Below, one piece after another: positions 7,150 through 15,174 of a stretch of DNA of 43,866 bases. Below the pieces are notes generated by a model. That model was not told the origin of the DNA. It saw only the letters and a program-made list of their open reading frames with translations, and did not search any database. The translations under genes and the position numbers were made by a program. Position 1 is the first letter of the stretch. Each line of letters opens with the position of its first letter. Source of the stretch: a virus; the IMG/VR virus record IMGVR_UViG_3300045988_069725, positions 1 through 43,866 of that record; one strand, written 5' to 3'.

Positions 7150-7590
7150 ATGGAAGATATCAGAGGAAAAGAAATAGGCTGGGATGAGGCCGTAGAAAAG
7201 GGAGGAGACTATATCACCCTGCCGGAAGGAGAATATGACTTTACAGTAGAATCATTTGAGAGAGGACGATACGAAGGGAACGAAAAAGTCCCCCCTTGTA
7301 ATCGCGCACTATTGAAACTGCGCATTGAATCCCCCCAGGGAACCGCTTATGTAAACGAGAGCCTGCTTTTGTATGACAAGATGCAGTGGAAGCTGGCAGA
7401 ATTCTTCATGAGCCTTGGCGTTCCGGAGGTAGATGGAAAGGTGCGCATGAACTGGCAGAGTGTGCCGCAGGCCACAGGCCGGGCCCTGGTAGAGGTAATA
7501 CCAGGCAAAAATGACCCTACGAAGAAATATAACCGGGTAAAGACTTTTCTTCCGAAGCCGAAAAAGGAGTTTAAGGCAGGTGAATTCTAA
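7150..7590 (+). CDS. DUF669-like protein (SSB-like partner of Sak4 modules)
   Basis: Size, position directly after the Sak4-like gene, and GDYITLPEGEYDFTV...ALLKLRI are typical of DUF669. Confidence 0.55.
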   Translation: MEDIRGKEIGWDEAVEKGGDYITLPEGEYDFTVESFERGRYEGNEKVPPCNRALLKLRIESPQGTAYVNESLLLYDKMQWKLAEFFMSLGVPEVDGKVRMNWQSVPQATGRALVEVIPGKNDPTKKYNRVKTFLPKPKKEFKAGEF

Positions 7591-9173
7591 TGCAGTTAAG
7601 GCCATATCAACAGGAGGCGAAGGACGCGATTTTTAATACCTGGGAGGGCGGGACGAGGAAAACCCTCCTGGTGCTGCCGACCGGGTGCGGGAAAACCATT
7701 GTGTTTGCGAAGGTTGCAGAGGACTGCGTGCGCAATGGCGACCGTGTGCTGATTCTTGCCCACAGGGGAGAGCTGCTTGACCAGGCGGCGGATAAGATCC
7801 AGAAGTCAACCGGGCTTGGCTGTGCCGTGGAGAAGGCAGAGGAAACCTGCCTGGGGAGCTGGTTTCGGATTGTAGTAGGCTCCGTACAAACATTAATGAG
7901 AGAGAAACGGCTGGGACAATTCCCGGCCGATTATTTCAACACCATCATCATAGATGAGGCGCACCACTGTATTTCTGACAGCTACCAAAGAGTGCTGAAG
8001 CATTTTACGGAGGCAAAGGTGCTGGGAGTAACGGCTACACCGGACCGTGGAGACATGCGGAACCTTGGAACCTATTTTGAAAGTCTGGCATTCGAATACA
8101 CGCTGCCAAAGGCAATTAAGGAGGGATTCCTGTCCCCGATTAAGGCGCTGACGCTGCCGCTTAAGATTGATATGAGCGGCGTTGGCGTACAGGCCGGTGA
8201 TTTTAAGGCCGGAGATATCGGGACCGCCCTGGACCCATACCTTCAAAGCATTGCGGAGGAAATGAAGAAATACTGTATGAACAAGAAAACCGTGGTATTT
8301 CTCCCCCTGGTAAAAACCAGCCAGAAGTTCCGGGATATTTTAAATGAAAACGGATTCCGGGCTGCAGAGGTAAACGGTGACAGCCAGGACCGTGCGCAGA
8401 TCCTGCAGGACTTTGAGGACGACCGGTATAACGTTCTGTGCAACTCTATGCTTTTGACGGAGGGCTGGGACTGCCCCAGTGTTAACTGCATTGCAGTGCT
8501 GCGCCCCACAAAAATAAGAAGCCTGTACTGCCAGATGGTGGGCAGGGGAACCCGGCTGCATCCAGGGAAAGAGCACTTATTATTGTTAGACTTTCTCTGG
8601 CATACCGAACGCCATGAGCTGTGTCATCCGGCCAGCCTAATCTGTGAAAGTGAAGAGGTTGCCCAGAGGATGACAGAAAACCTGGAAGCCGCTGCCGGCT
8701 GCCCGGTAGATATTGAGGCAGCAGAAGAAAAAGCCGCAAGCGATGTAGTGGCACAGCGGGAGGAAGCCCTGGCAAGACAGTTGGCGGAAATGAAGCGACG
8801 AAAAAAGAAACTGGTGGATCCACTGCAGTTTGAAATGTCCATCCAGGCAGAGGACTTGTCCGGATACACGCCGGCATTTGGCTGGGAATGCGCTCCGCCC
8901 TCTGACATACAGAAAGCAACACTGGAGAAACTGGGAATCCTTCCGGATGAAATCGACAATGCGGGGAAAGCTTCAAAGCTGTTGGAGCGGTTGGCTAAGA
9001 GACGTACAGAGGGCCTCACGACCCCTAAACAGATCAGATGTCTTGAAAAATATGGATTTCAACATATAGGAACCTGGCAGTTTGAAACAGCCAGAAACCT
9101 GATTGACCGTATTGCGGCTAATGGGTGGAGAGTGCCCAGAGATATAAACCCAAGAGACTATAAAGGAGAGTAG
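7590..9173 (+). CDS. SF2 DEAD/DEAH-box DNA helicase
   Basis: LRPYQ...LPTGCGKT (motif I), IIDEAHH (motif II), TATPDR (motif III), GWDCP...QMVGRGTR (motif VI). Confidence 0.85.
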   Translation: MQLRPYQQEAKDAIFNTWEGGTRKTLLVLPTGCGKTIVFAKVAEDCVRNGDRVLILAHRGELLDQAADKIQKSTGLGCAVEKAEETCLGSWFRIVVGSVQTLMREKRLGQFPADYFNTIIIDEAHHCISDSYQRVLKHFTEAKVLGVTATPDRGDMRNLGTYFESLAFEYTLPKAIKEGFLSPIKALTLPLKIDMSGVGVQAGDFKAGDIGTALDPYLQSIAEEMKKYCMNKKTVVFLPLVKTSQKFRDILNENGFRAAEVNGDSQDRAQILQDFEDDRYNVLCNSMLLTEGWDCPSVNCIAVLRPTKIRSLYCQMVGRGTRLHPGKEHLLLLDFLWHTERHELCHPASLICESEEVAQRMTENLEAAAGCPVDIEAAEEKAASDVVAQREEALARQLAEMKRRKKKLVDPLQFEMSIQAEDLSGYTPAFGWECAPPSDIQKATLEKLGILPDEIDNAGKASKLLERLAKRRTEGLTTPKQIRCLEKYGFQHIGTWQFETARNLIDRIAANGWRVPRDINPRDYKGE

Positions 9174-9175
9174 GC

Positions 9176-11407
9176 ATGGAACAACGGACAGATTTACTGG
9201 AAATCTTAGAACATATCAACCCTGCGGCATTGAACTATCAGGAGTGGGTTAACGTTGGGATGGCTCTGCATCACGAGGGATACGCAGTATCTGTCTGGGA
9301 CGATTGGAGCCGTAGTGACCCTGGGAGATATCACGCCGGGGAATGTGCAAAGAAATGGAACAGCTTCCGGGGAACCTCTTCCCCGGTGACTGCCGGGACC
9401 ATTGTGCAGATGGCCATGGAAATGGGATGGAAACCCTCCTGTGAGCCCGGGCGCGCCATGGATTGGGACGAGGAAGTATCTGCGGACCTGGTAATCATAG
9501 ATAAAAACTGGATTGAAGGAAGAGAGGTGCAGGAACCGAAAACCTGGGACCCCGTACAGCAGCTAATCAAATACCTTGAGACTCTTTTTGAAGCCGGTGA
9601 GAATGTTGGATATGTAACAGGGAGCTGGAAAAAGTCAGATGAAAAGGGGACCCGCTGGCTGCCGCAGAAGGGGAGCTGGGACCGCACGGCCGGACAGCTC
9701 ATAGAACAGCTGAATAACTGTAACGGGGATATCGGGGCCGTGATCGGAGACTGCAACCCGGAGGCCGGTGCATGGATCCGGTTCAATCCCCTGGACGGTA
9801 AGGGCTGTAAAAATGAAAATGTAACGGAATTCCGATATTCCCTTGTGGAATCCGACTCCACAGACATTGAGCGCCAGAACGCTATTATCCGGGAGCTGGA
9901 GCTGCCGGTTGCCTGCCTGGTGCACAGCGGAGGAAAAAGCCTCCATGCAATTGTCCGGGTGGATGCAGCGGATTATAACGAGTACCGGAAACGGGTAGAT
10001 TATCTCTATAACGTCTGCCAGAAAAACGGGATTAAAGTGGATACCCAGAATCGGAACCCCTCCAGACTATCAAGGATGCCTGGAATCCTGCGCAATGGTC
10101 AGAAACAGTTTTTGGTGGATACCAACATAGGAAAGGAATCCTGGGAGCAGTGGTACGAATGGATTGAGGGGGTAAACGATGATCTGCCGGAGCCTGAGGG
10201 CCTGGAGGCGGTATGGAATGACCTTCCGGAGCTATCCCCGCCTCTCATAGAAAACGTACTGCGGCAAGGGCACAAAATGCTGATTGCAGGCCCGTCTAAG
10301 GCCGGAAAATCCTTTGCCCTCATAGAACTGTGCATAGCCATAGCAGAGGGTAAAAAATGGCTTTCCTGGCGCTGTGCAAAGGGAAAAGTAATGTACGTAA
10401 ACCTTGAGCTTGACCGGGCCAGCTGCCTGCACCGCTTTAAGGATGTGTACGAGTCCCTGAAATGGAAGCCGAACCACCTGAACAACATAGATATCTGGAA
10501 TTTAAGAGGGAAATCTGTCCCTATGGACAAGCTGGCACCTAAGCTTATCCGCAGGGCAGCAAAAAAGAACTATATAGCCATTGTGATTGACCCCATATAC
10601 AAGGTGATCACCGGTGACGAGAACAGCGCGGACCAGATGGCCAACTTCTGCAATCAGTTTGACAAGGTATGTACGGAGTTGGGATGTGCCGTTATCTACT
10701 GCCACCATCACAGCAAGGGCAGCCAGGGAGGCAAGCGTTCCATGGACCGTGCCAGCGGTTCCGGGGTATTTGCCCGTGACCCGGATGCACTCCTGGACCT
10801 CATAGAGCTGGAATTAACGGACGCCATCTACAAGCAGGAGGAAAACAAGACAGTATGCAAGGCGTGCGTTGACTGGCTGAATATGCACGGCACAGATTGG
10901 CAGGACGACCTCTCCCAGGACGATGCATTAAACAGCAGAATCCTGCTGGAGTACTGCGAAAAGCATCTGGATTCCCTGGATTACCGGGCACTGAACTATA
11001 ATCTGGAGCTTGTAGCAAAAAGGATTAAAAATCTGACTGGATGGCGCATTGAGGGAACGCTTAGGGAGTTCCCGAAGTTTGAACCGGTAAACCTCTGGTT
11101 TGATTATCCGGTGCACCGTTTAGATGATGTGGGGTGCCTGAAAGACATCCAGCCGGATAATGACAAGCCACAATATAAAAAAAATTTCAGCAAGAAAAAA
11201 AGCCCGGATGAATTAAAGGAAGAACGGAAAAAAGCATTGGAAACTGCTTATGATGCGCAGAATATTGACGGTGAAGTCACGTTAAAAGACCTTATGGAGT
11301 TTACCGGAAAATCAGAAGATACTATCCGCAGGCACATAAAAGAGCATGGTGGGTTTTGGATTGATGACGGGAAAGTGGGCAGGAAGACAGCCGCAAAGTC
11401 GGAATAA
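9176..11407 (+). CDS. Primase/helicase fusion: PriCT-2-like N-terminus, AEP-type primase core, AAA_25/RepA-like NTPase
   Basis: EWVNVGMALHHEGY...WDDWSR...KKWNSF (PriCT-2-like). VESDSTD...HSGGKSLHAIVRV...NPSRLSRMPG (AEP motifs). LIAGPSKAGKSF...IVIDPIYK (Walker A/B). Confidence 0.75.
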   Translation: MEQRTDLLEILEHINPAALNYQEWVNVGMALHHEGYAVSVWDDWSRSDPGRYHAGECAKKWNSFRGTSSPVTAGTIVQMAMEMGWKPSCEPGRAMDWDEEVSADLVIIDKNWIEGREVQEPKTWDPVQQLIKYLETLFEAGENVGYVTGSWKKSDEKGTRWLPQKGSWDRTAGQLIEQLNNCNGDIGAVIGDCNPEAGAWIRFNPLDGKGCKNENVTEFRYSLVESDSTDIERQNAIIRELELPVACLVHSGGKSLHAIVRVDAADYNEYRKRVDYLYNVCQKNGIKVDTQNRNPSRLSRMPGILRNGQKQFLVDTNIGKESWEQWYEWIEGVNDDLPEPEGLEAVWNDLPELSPPLIENVLRQGHKMLIAGPSKAGKSFALIELCIAIAEGKKWLSWRCAKGKVMYVNLELDRASCLHRFKDVYESLKWKPNHLNNIDIWNLRGKSVPMDKLAPKLIRRAAKKNYIAIVIDPIYKVITGDENSADQMANFCNQFDKVCTELGCAVIYCHHHSKGSQGGKRSMDRASGSGVFARDPDALLDLIELELTDAIYKQEENKTVCKACVDWLNMHGTDWQDDLSQDDALNSRILLEYCEKHLDSLDYRALNYNLELVAKRIKNLTGWRIEGTLREFPKFEPVNLWFDYPVHRLDDVGCLKDIQPDNDKPQYKKNFSKKKSPDELKEERKKALETAYDAQNIDGEVTLKDLMEFTGKSEDTIRRHIKEHGGFWIDDGKVGRKTAAKSE

Positions 11408-11640
11408 ATGCGTGCGTGAGCCGCATGTAAAATCGGTCAATGCGTCTTGCGTCTTACACCCGCAAACTCGAAGTTTTTCGAGAATGCGTTTTATACCCGC
11501 AAAGTCGGTGATTTTCGAGAATGCGTGAGCCGCACGCAAACCTGTATGTATATACATACAAAATGCGTCTTGCGGGTGGTGGTCCGGGGGTGTGTGGGAG
11601 TGGGCTACAGCACAGCCCGCTCCACATCCCACCCCTGCCC
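11408..11640. repeat. Iteron/hairpin-rich intergenic region, candidate replication origin
   Basis: AATGCGT occurs 5 times. There is a 34-bp direct repeat (11456-11489 / 11493-11526), 13-bp repeats (11413-11425 / 11522-11534 and 11439-11451 / 11562-11574), a 16-bp palindrome GTATGTATATACATAC (11544-11559), and a long GC-rich imperfect hairpin (about 11582-11636). Confidence 0.5.
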
Positions 11641-11698
11641 CGGACAAGTCGCGCGAAGGGAAAAATATAAAATTTAACACGTTAAAGGAGTGAAGAGA

Positions 11699-11887
11699 AT
11701 GATTTGTCCAATTATGAAAAGTGACTGTGACACTGAATGTGCTTTATGGAGTTTTGATAATGCAGAGTGCGCCTTGCTCTTAATGGGTGAAGGAATGAGA
11801 GAACTTTCTTTTACGGCTGATGAAGCTAATCGTGATTGTGGTATAAGGGTGCATGTAACACAGAAGGCGAGGGATTATAATGACTGA
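11699..11887 (+). CDS. Small Cys-rich hypothetical protein
   Basis: AAAGGAG RBS about 8 nt upstream of the ATG at 11699. MICPIMKSDCDTECALW... Confidence 0.55.
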   Translation: MICPIMKSDCDTECALWSFDNAECALLLMGEGMRELSFTADEANRDCGIRVHVTQKARDYND

Positions 11888-12272
11888 ATTTTTTATGGCA
11901 ATGATACCACCAACCAAAACACACCAACAGAAACAGGTGCATGTGGTAAATGGGAAACCGGTATTTTATGAGCCGTACGAGCTTAAGGCAGTCAGGGCAA
12001 AGCTTCAGGCAAATTTAAGCCGTAACCTTCCCGGAGTAAAGTATACGGAACCGGTAAGGCTGATTGTGAAGTGGTGCTTCCCAAGAGGACACCATAAAGA
12101 TGGCTCCTACAAGGCCACAGCGCCCGATACGGACAACTTGCAGAAGCTCCTTAAAGATTGTATGACCGATGTTGGGTTCTGGCAGGATGACGCTTTGGTG
12201 GCCTCAGAAATAGTGGAGAAGTTCTGGGCGGAGGTGCCAGGCATTTACATCCGGATTGAGGAGCTGCCATGA
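11880..12272 (+). CDS. rusA: RusA-family Holliday junction resolvase
   Basis: PPTKTHQQK...LIVKWCFP...APDTDNLQKLLKDCM...WQDDALV matches RusA size and acidic motifs. Confidence 0.75.
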   Translation: MTEFFMAMIPPTKTHQQKQVHVVNGKPVFYEPYELKAVRAKLQANLSRNLPGVKYTEPVRLIVKWCFPRGHHKDGSYKATAPDTDNLQKLLKDCMTDVGFWQDDALVASEIVEKFWAEVPGIYIRIEELP

Positions 12273-12502
12273 ACGAGCAGCGGTTGAAATATTACTGGCA
12301 GATGTTTGTTGATGTGTGGCACCTATTCCGGGATTACAGTACGCCCGATGGGAGCAGAGATTTTTGGGAAAAATTTGAGACAGAAGCTGAACGCCTCAAT
12401 CAGAAGTACGCACAGTCGGAACTATATCAAGCGCTTTCTATAGCCGTAGCTAAAGAGCTGCAGAGGATAGAGACAGACACACTAAGGAACAGGAGGAAAT
12501 AA
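12269..12502 (+). CDS. Hypothetical protein
   Basis: ATGA overlap with rusA. Same-strand operon context. Confidence 0.6.
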   Translation: MNEQRLKYYWQMFVDVWHLFRDYSTPDGSRDFWEKFETEAERLNQKYAQSELYQALSIAVAKELQRIETDTLRNRRK

Positions 12503-12503
12503 T

Positions 12504-12668
12504 ATGTCCACAGGAAAGAAAATATTAGCAGAGATTACAGTAAAAGACGGTAAACCAGTGGTAGAGATACACAACAATAGGGAGTATGAGGTGGTACCGC
12601 TCGAGGGAGTAACCTACATAGTGGAAAGAAAATCCCAGGACTTTGTTGCCTTTGGGGGCAAGTCATGA
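12504..12668 (+). CDS. Small hypothetical protein (54 aa, below the ORF-track cut-off)
   Basis: AGGAGG (12491-12496) then ATG at 12504. MSTGKKILAEITVKDGKPVVEIHNNREYEVVPLEG... Confidence 0.5.
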   Translation: MSTGKKILAEITVKDGKPVVEIHNNREYEVVPLEGVTYIVERKSQDFVAFGGKS

Positions 12669-12790
12669 AACTGAAAGATATATTCTGCTTTCACAAGTGG
12701 AAAAAGTTTGAGGAATTCGAACTAAAAGGAAATACCTGTGTTATATTCAGGTGTAAAAAATGCGGAGCTGTAAGAAGCAAATTAACTTAG
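12665..12790 (+). CDS. Small zinc-ribbon-like peptide (41 aa)
   Basis: ATGA overlap with the preceding small ORF. MKLKDIFCFHKW...FRCKKCGAVRSKLT (C-x-H ... C-x-x-C). Confidence 0.35.
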   Translation: MKLKDIFCFHKWKKFEEFELKGNTCVIFRCKKCGAVRSKLT

Positions 12791-12973
12791 GTTATCGTGA
12801 TGTATCAATGATATGGTTGGGAACACATGTTACCAGGGCGGTTGTAAGCGGTCATGCGGCGGCGCTTAATGGCAATAAATTCCGCGGATGCCAGCCGGAA
12901 ACGGTGCGTAAGTGGGTAGCTGAAATGTCCACAAATGCCCTATCACATAACTTAAGATTAGGAGGAAATGTTC

Positions 12974-13342
12974 ATGAGCAAAAAAACAGTGGTATTTGAT
13001 TTTGATGGAGTGATACATAGTTACGTAAGCGGATGGAAGGGATTATCAGTCGTACCAGATCCGGTTGTGCCAGACATACAAGCAGCTATCAATAACTTAC
13101 GTATGGATGGATACAAGGTGATTGTTGTATCTACCAGATGCGCAAGGCCAGAGGGCATGGGGGCGGTTAGGCGCTATCTGAGGGATAACCATATAGTTGT
13201 TGATGATATTATGGCAACTAAACCACCTGCAATTTGCTATGTAGACGATAGGGCAATTTGCTTCGATGGTAATGCGATAGGTCTTATTGATAGGATTAAG
13301 AATTTTAAACCCTGGACAGCTGATCAACTAAACTGGAATTAG
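12974..13342 (+). CDS. HAD-superfamily phosphatase-like protein (nucleotidase-like)
   Basis: VVFDFDGVIH (DxDG motif I), VVSTR (motif II), YVDDR (motif IV-like). AGGAGG lies 8 nt upstream of the ATG at 12974. Confidence 0.6.
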   Translation: MSKKTVVFDFDGVIHSYVSGWKGLSVVPDPVVPDIQAAINNLRMDGYKVIVVSTRCARPEGMGAVRRYLRDNHIVVDDIMATKPPAICYVDDRAICFDGNAIGLIDRIKNFKPWTADQLNWN

Positions 13343-13356
13343 ATGGAGGAAGCACA

Positions 13357-13518
13357 ATGAATGGTAAATACAGAACCTGTGCCCATGCATTAGGCGTCGG
13401 GCAGTATGCGGTATATGTTGCTCCTGGCTGCCCCAGGGCTTCAATGATTAAGGGGCAGCTGGTCAGCAGTAAACGCAGATGTAATGATTGCAAGTGCTGG
13501 AGGAAAAAGGATGAATGA
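13357..13518 (+). CDS. Small Cys-rich hypothetical protein (53 aa)
   Basis: GGAGGA (13345-13350) then ATG at 13357. MNGKYRTCAHALG...RRCNDCKCWRKKDE. Overlaps the next gene by 8 nt. Confidence 0.35.
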   Translation: MNGKYRTCAHALGVGQYAVYVAPGCPRASMIKGQLVSSKRRCNDCKCWRKKDE

Positions 13519-13795
13519 TGACGGTCTGGAAAATCTTATGATAGCCGTAGTAAAACAGGCGGTTAGAGATTATCATAGCGCGCTGTATCACTACAATACC
13601 CAGTACAAGCTGGATAAAAAAGAGGAGGCTAAACGAACGATAAGAGAGTGCGAGATTTTTTTCCGGGAAAACATCAGCGCCTATGCTGCAATAGACGGTA
13701 AAAAGGTGATAGAAAAGGTCCGGAATGACGTGAGGAAGGAGCTTAAGAAAAACAGAAAATTACGTGTAATGGAGGTGCCCGAGTTTGACAATTGA
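13511..13795 (+). CDS. Hypothetical protein
   Basis: GGAGG (13499-13503) then ATG at 13511. The ORF-track start at 13484 has no RBS. Confidence 0.6.
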   Translation: MNDDGLENLMIAVVKQAVRDYHSALYHYNTQYKLDKKEEAKRTIRECEIFFRENISAYAAIDGKKVIEKVRNDVRKELKKNRKLRVMEVPEFDN

Positions 13796-14174
13796 TGAAT
13801 TATTTAGCTTGCAGAGGGATAACAATAAACTCCGATCACTCTACATCGAACTTGCAAAACATGAAGACTTCAACCCATATAAAAACAATGTCATAACGGA
13901 TATGCCAAAGGGCAGTGAAGGGAAGAATTTTGCAGAATGGTATGCCGAAGAAATGGAACGGATACAAACAGAAATAGAGCTGTGCAAGAAAAGAATCCAT
14001 GAGAACCGGAAACGGATTGAGCTCTACATAAACGATGCCCCATGTCCGGAGCGTGATATTATTCGGTATAGAGTCATAAATAATCTAAGCTGGGAGGAAA
14101 TAGGGGATTTGATTGGGTACAGTAGATTTCAAGTTTCACGTAAATTTTGGAGATATATAAAAAGATGCTCGTAA
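13785..14174 (+). CDS. ArpU/RinA-type late-gene transcriptional activator (sigma-70 region-4-like HTH)
   Basis: It sits immediately upstream of terS. C-terminal DIIRYRVINNLSWEEIGDLIGYSRFQVSRKF is a sigma region-4-type HTH. TTG start. Confidence 0.6.
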   Translation: MTIDELFSLQRDNNKLRSLYIELAKHEDFNPYKNNVITDMPKGSEGKNFAEWYAEEMERIQTEIELCKKRIHENRKRIELYINDAPCPERDIIRYRVINNLSWEEIGDLIGYSRFQVSRKFWRYIKRCS

Positions 14175-14191
14175 TGCTCGCAATGCTCATA
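14165..14191 (+). repeat. Three tandem 9-bp repeats (ATGCTCGTA / ATGCTCGCA / ATGCTCATA)
   Basis: The repeats straddle the stop codon of the activator gene and sit at the -35 position relative to the extended -10 at 14200-14208. Confidence 0.8.
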
Positions 14192-14199
14192 AGTACTTA

Positions 14200-14208
14200 T
14201 GCTATACT
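14200..14208 (+). promoter_or_regulatory. Extended -10 element (TGcTATACT) of a candidate late promoter
   Basis: TG-n-TATACT with no TTGACA-like -35. It lies about 170 nt upstream of terS. Confidence 0.35.
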
Positions 14209-14289
14209 ATAAGTGTGGTAGTTTGGATATTGCATAATAAATCCTCCTTTGTACGGCTGCCGGGTGTCATGGCCCGGTGGCTGATTTGA

Positions 14290-14333
14290 TGGCATATAGC
14301 TTAGTGGTAGAGAGCACTCTGTTTATGACAGGG
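14290..14333 (+). other. tRNA 5'-half-like fragment (acceptor 5' strand, D arm, anticodon arm); no T arm
   Basis: TGGCATA-TA-GCTT-AGTGGTAGA-GAGC-A-CTCTG-TTTATGA-CAGGG. U8, A14, GG in the D loop, U33 and R37 are all in place, and the anticodon would be UAU. The downstream sequence has no GGTTCGA-type T arm. Confidence 0.3.
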
Positions 14334-14379
14334 TGCTTTTATTATACGCAAAACAAACACGATTGAGAGGTGGTGAGGC

Positions 14380-15174
14380 TTGGCAAGAGCACCAGACACT
14401 AGAGCAGAACAGGCAAAAAAAATGTTTCTGTCGGGAAAGAAACTGATTGAAATATCAGAAACTTTGAAAATCCCGGAGGGGACTGTCAGGAGCTGGAAGA
14501 ACAGATATAAATGGGATAATGCAACGTTGCAAAAGAATAATCGCAACGTTGCAAAAAAGCGTGGCGGCCAGCCAAACAATAAAAATGCTGTCGGTAATAA
14601 GGGCGGAGCGGCGCCAAAGCAAAATAAGAATGCAGTTAAGACAGGAGAGTTTGAAACCCTTTTTTTTGATGCCCTGGAGCCTAAAGAGATACAGCTTGTT
14701 AATATGATACAGCTAGATAAGGAGCAACTGCTTCTCCAGGAGATACAACTTCTGACAGTCCGAGAACATCGGATGCTGGAGCGCATTGAAAAACTAAAGA
14801 GCATGGAAAATGTGTCAGAGGTTGTAACAGAGGTTGTAACAGAGGTAGAGAAGCCACCACCAGGAATGTCGGTGACAAAATATTCTACTGGGTTTGACAA
14901 AGGAAAATTGACAGACCTTAAAGAGTATGAGGGCATTCTGGGACAGATACAGGCTATTGAAGAGGCGTTGACCAGAGTGCAGGCTAGACGCCAGCGTGCC
15001 ATTGAAGCATTGCATAAGTTTGGCTATGATGATGCGCATTTGGAACTGGAAGCTATGAAATTTGAACATGAATTGATGAAACAAGATGGTTCTGGTAACG
15101 AACAGAAAGACGACGGATTTATGGACGCCATGAACGCCGCCGCTTCACAGGTTTGGGGTGATGCGGATGTATGA
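14380..15174 (+). CDS. terS: Terminase small subunit (YjcR/HTH type)
   Basis: N-terminal HTH (KKLIEISETLKIPEGTVRSWKNRY) and GGQPNNKNAVGNKGGAAPKQNKNAVKTG repeats typical of this terS family. It overlaps the terL start. Confidence 0.8.
   Translation: MARAPDTRAEQAKKMFLSGKKLIEISETLKIPEGTVRSWKNRYKWDNATLQKNNRNVAKKRGGQPNNKNAVGNKGGAAPKQNKNAVKTGEFETLFFDALEPKEIQLVNMIQLDKEQLLLQEIQLLTVREHRMLERIEKLKSMENVSEVVTEVVTEVEKPPPGMSVTKYSTGFDKGKLTDLKEYEGILGQIQAIEEALTRVQARRQRAIEALHKFGYDDAHLELEAMKFEHELMKQDGSGNEQKDDGFMDAMNAAASQVWGDADV

Noticed and set aside
9779-9790. GGTTCAATCCC T-arm-like sequence
   Set aside because: It lies inside the primase coding sequence, with no flanking tRNA cloverleaf.
11312-11680. ORFs of 60-122 aa on both strands over the region after the primase gene
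   Set aside because: They overlap each other, lack RBSs, and are built from the repeats and hairpins described as the ori-like region. Their composition is Cys/Arg/Gly/His-rich and implausible for a protein.
12760-12999. 79-aa ORF between the small zinc-ribbon ORF and the HAD gene
   Set aside because: None of its ATGs has an RBS, and it overlaps both neighbours. I keep the region only as possibly non-coding leader sequence (see the finding on 12504-13518). It cannot be excluded as a real gene.
14290-14380. An intact tRNA gene upstream of terS
   Set aside because: Only the 5' half (acceptor strand, D arm, anticodon arm) can be folded. No T arm (GGTTCGA-like) or complementary acceptor 3' strand follows. 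It is reported as a fragment only.
14301-15002. 233-aa ORF antisense to terS
   Set aside because: It is a shadow ORF opposite a recognisable terminase small subunit. It has no start context and a low-complexity Ser/Phe/Leu composition.
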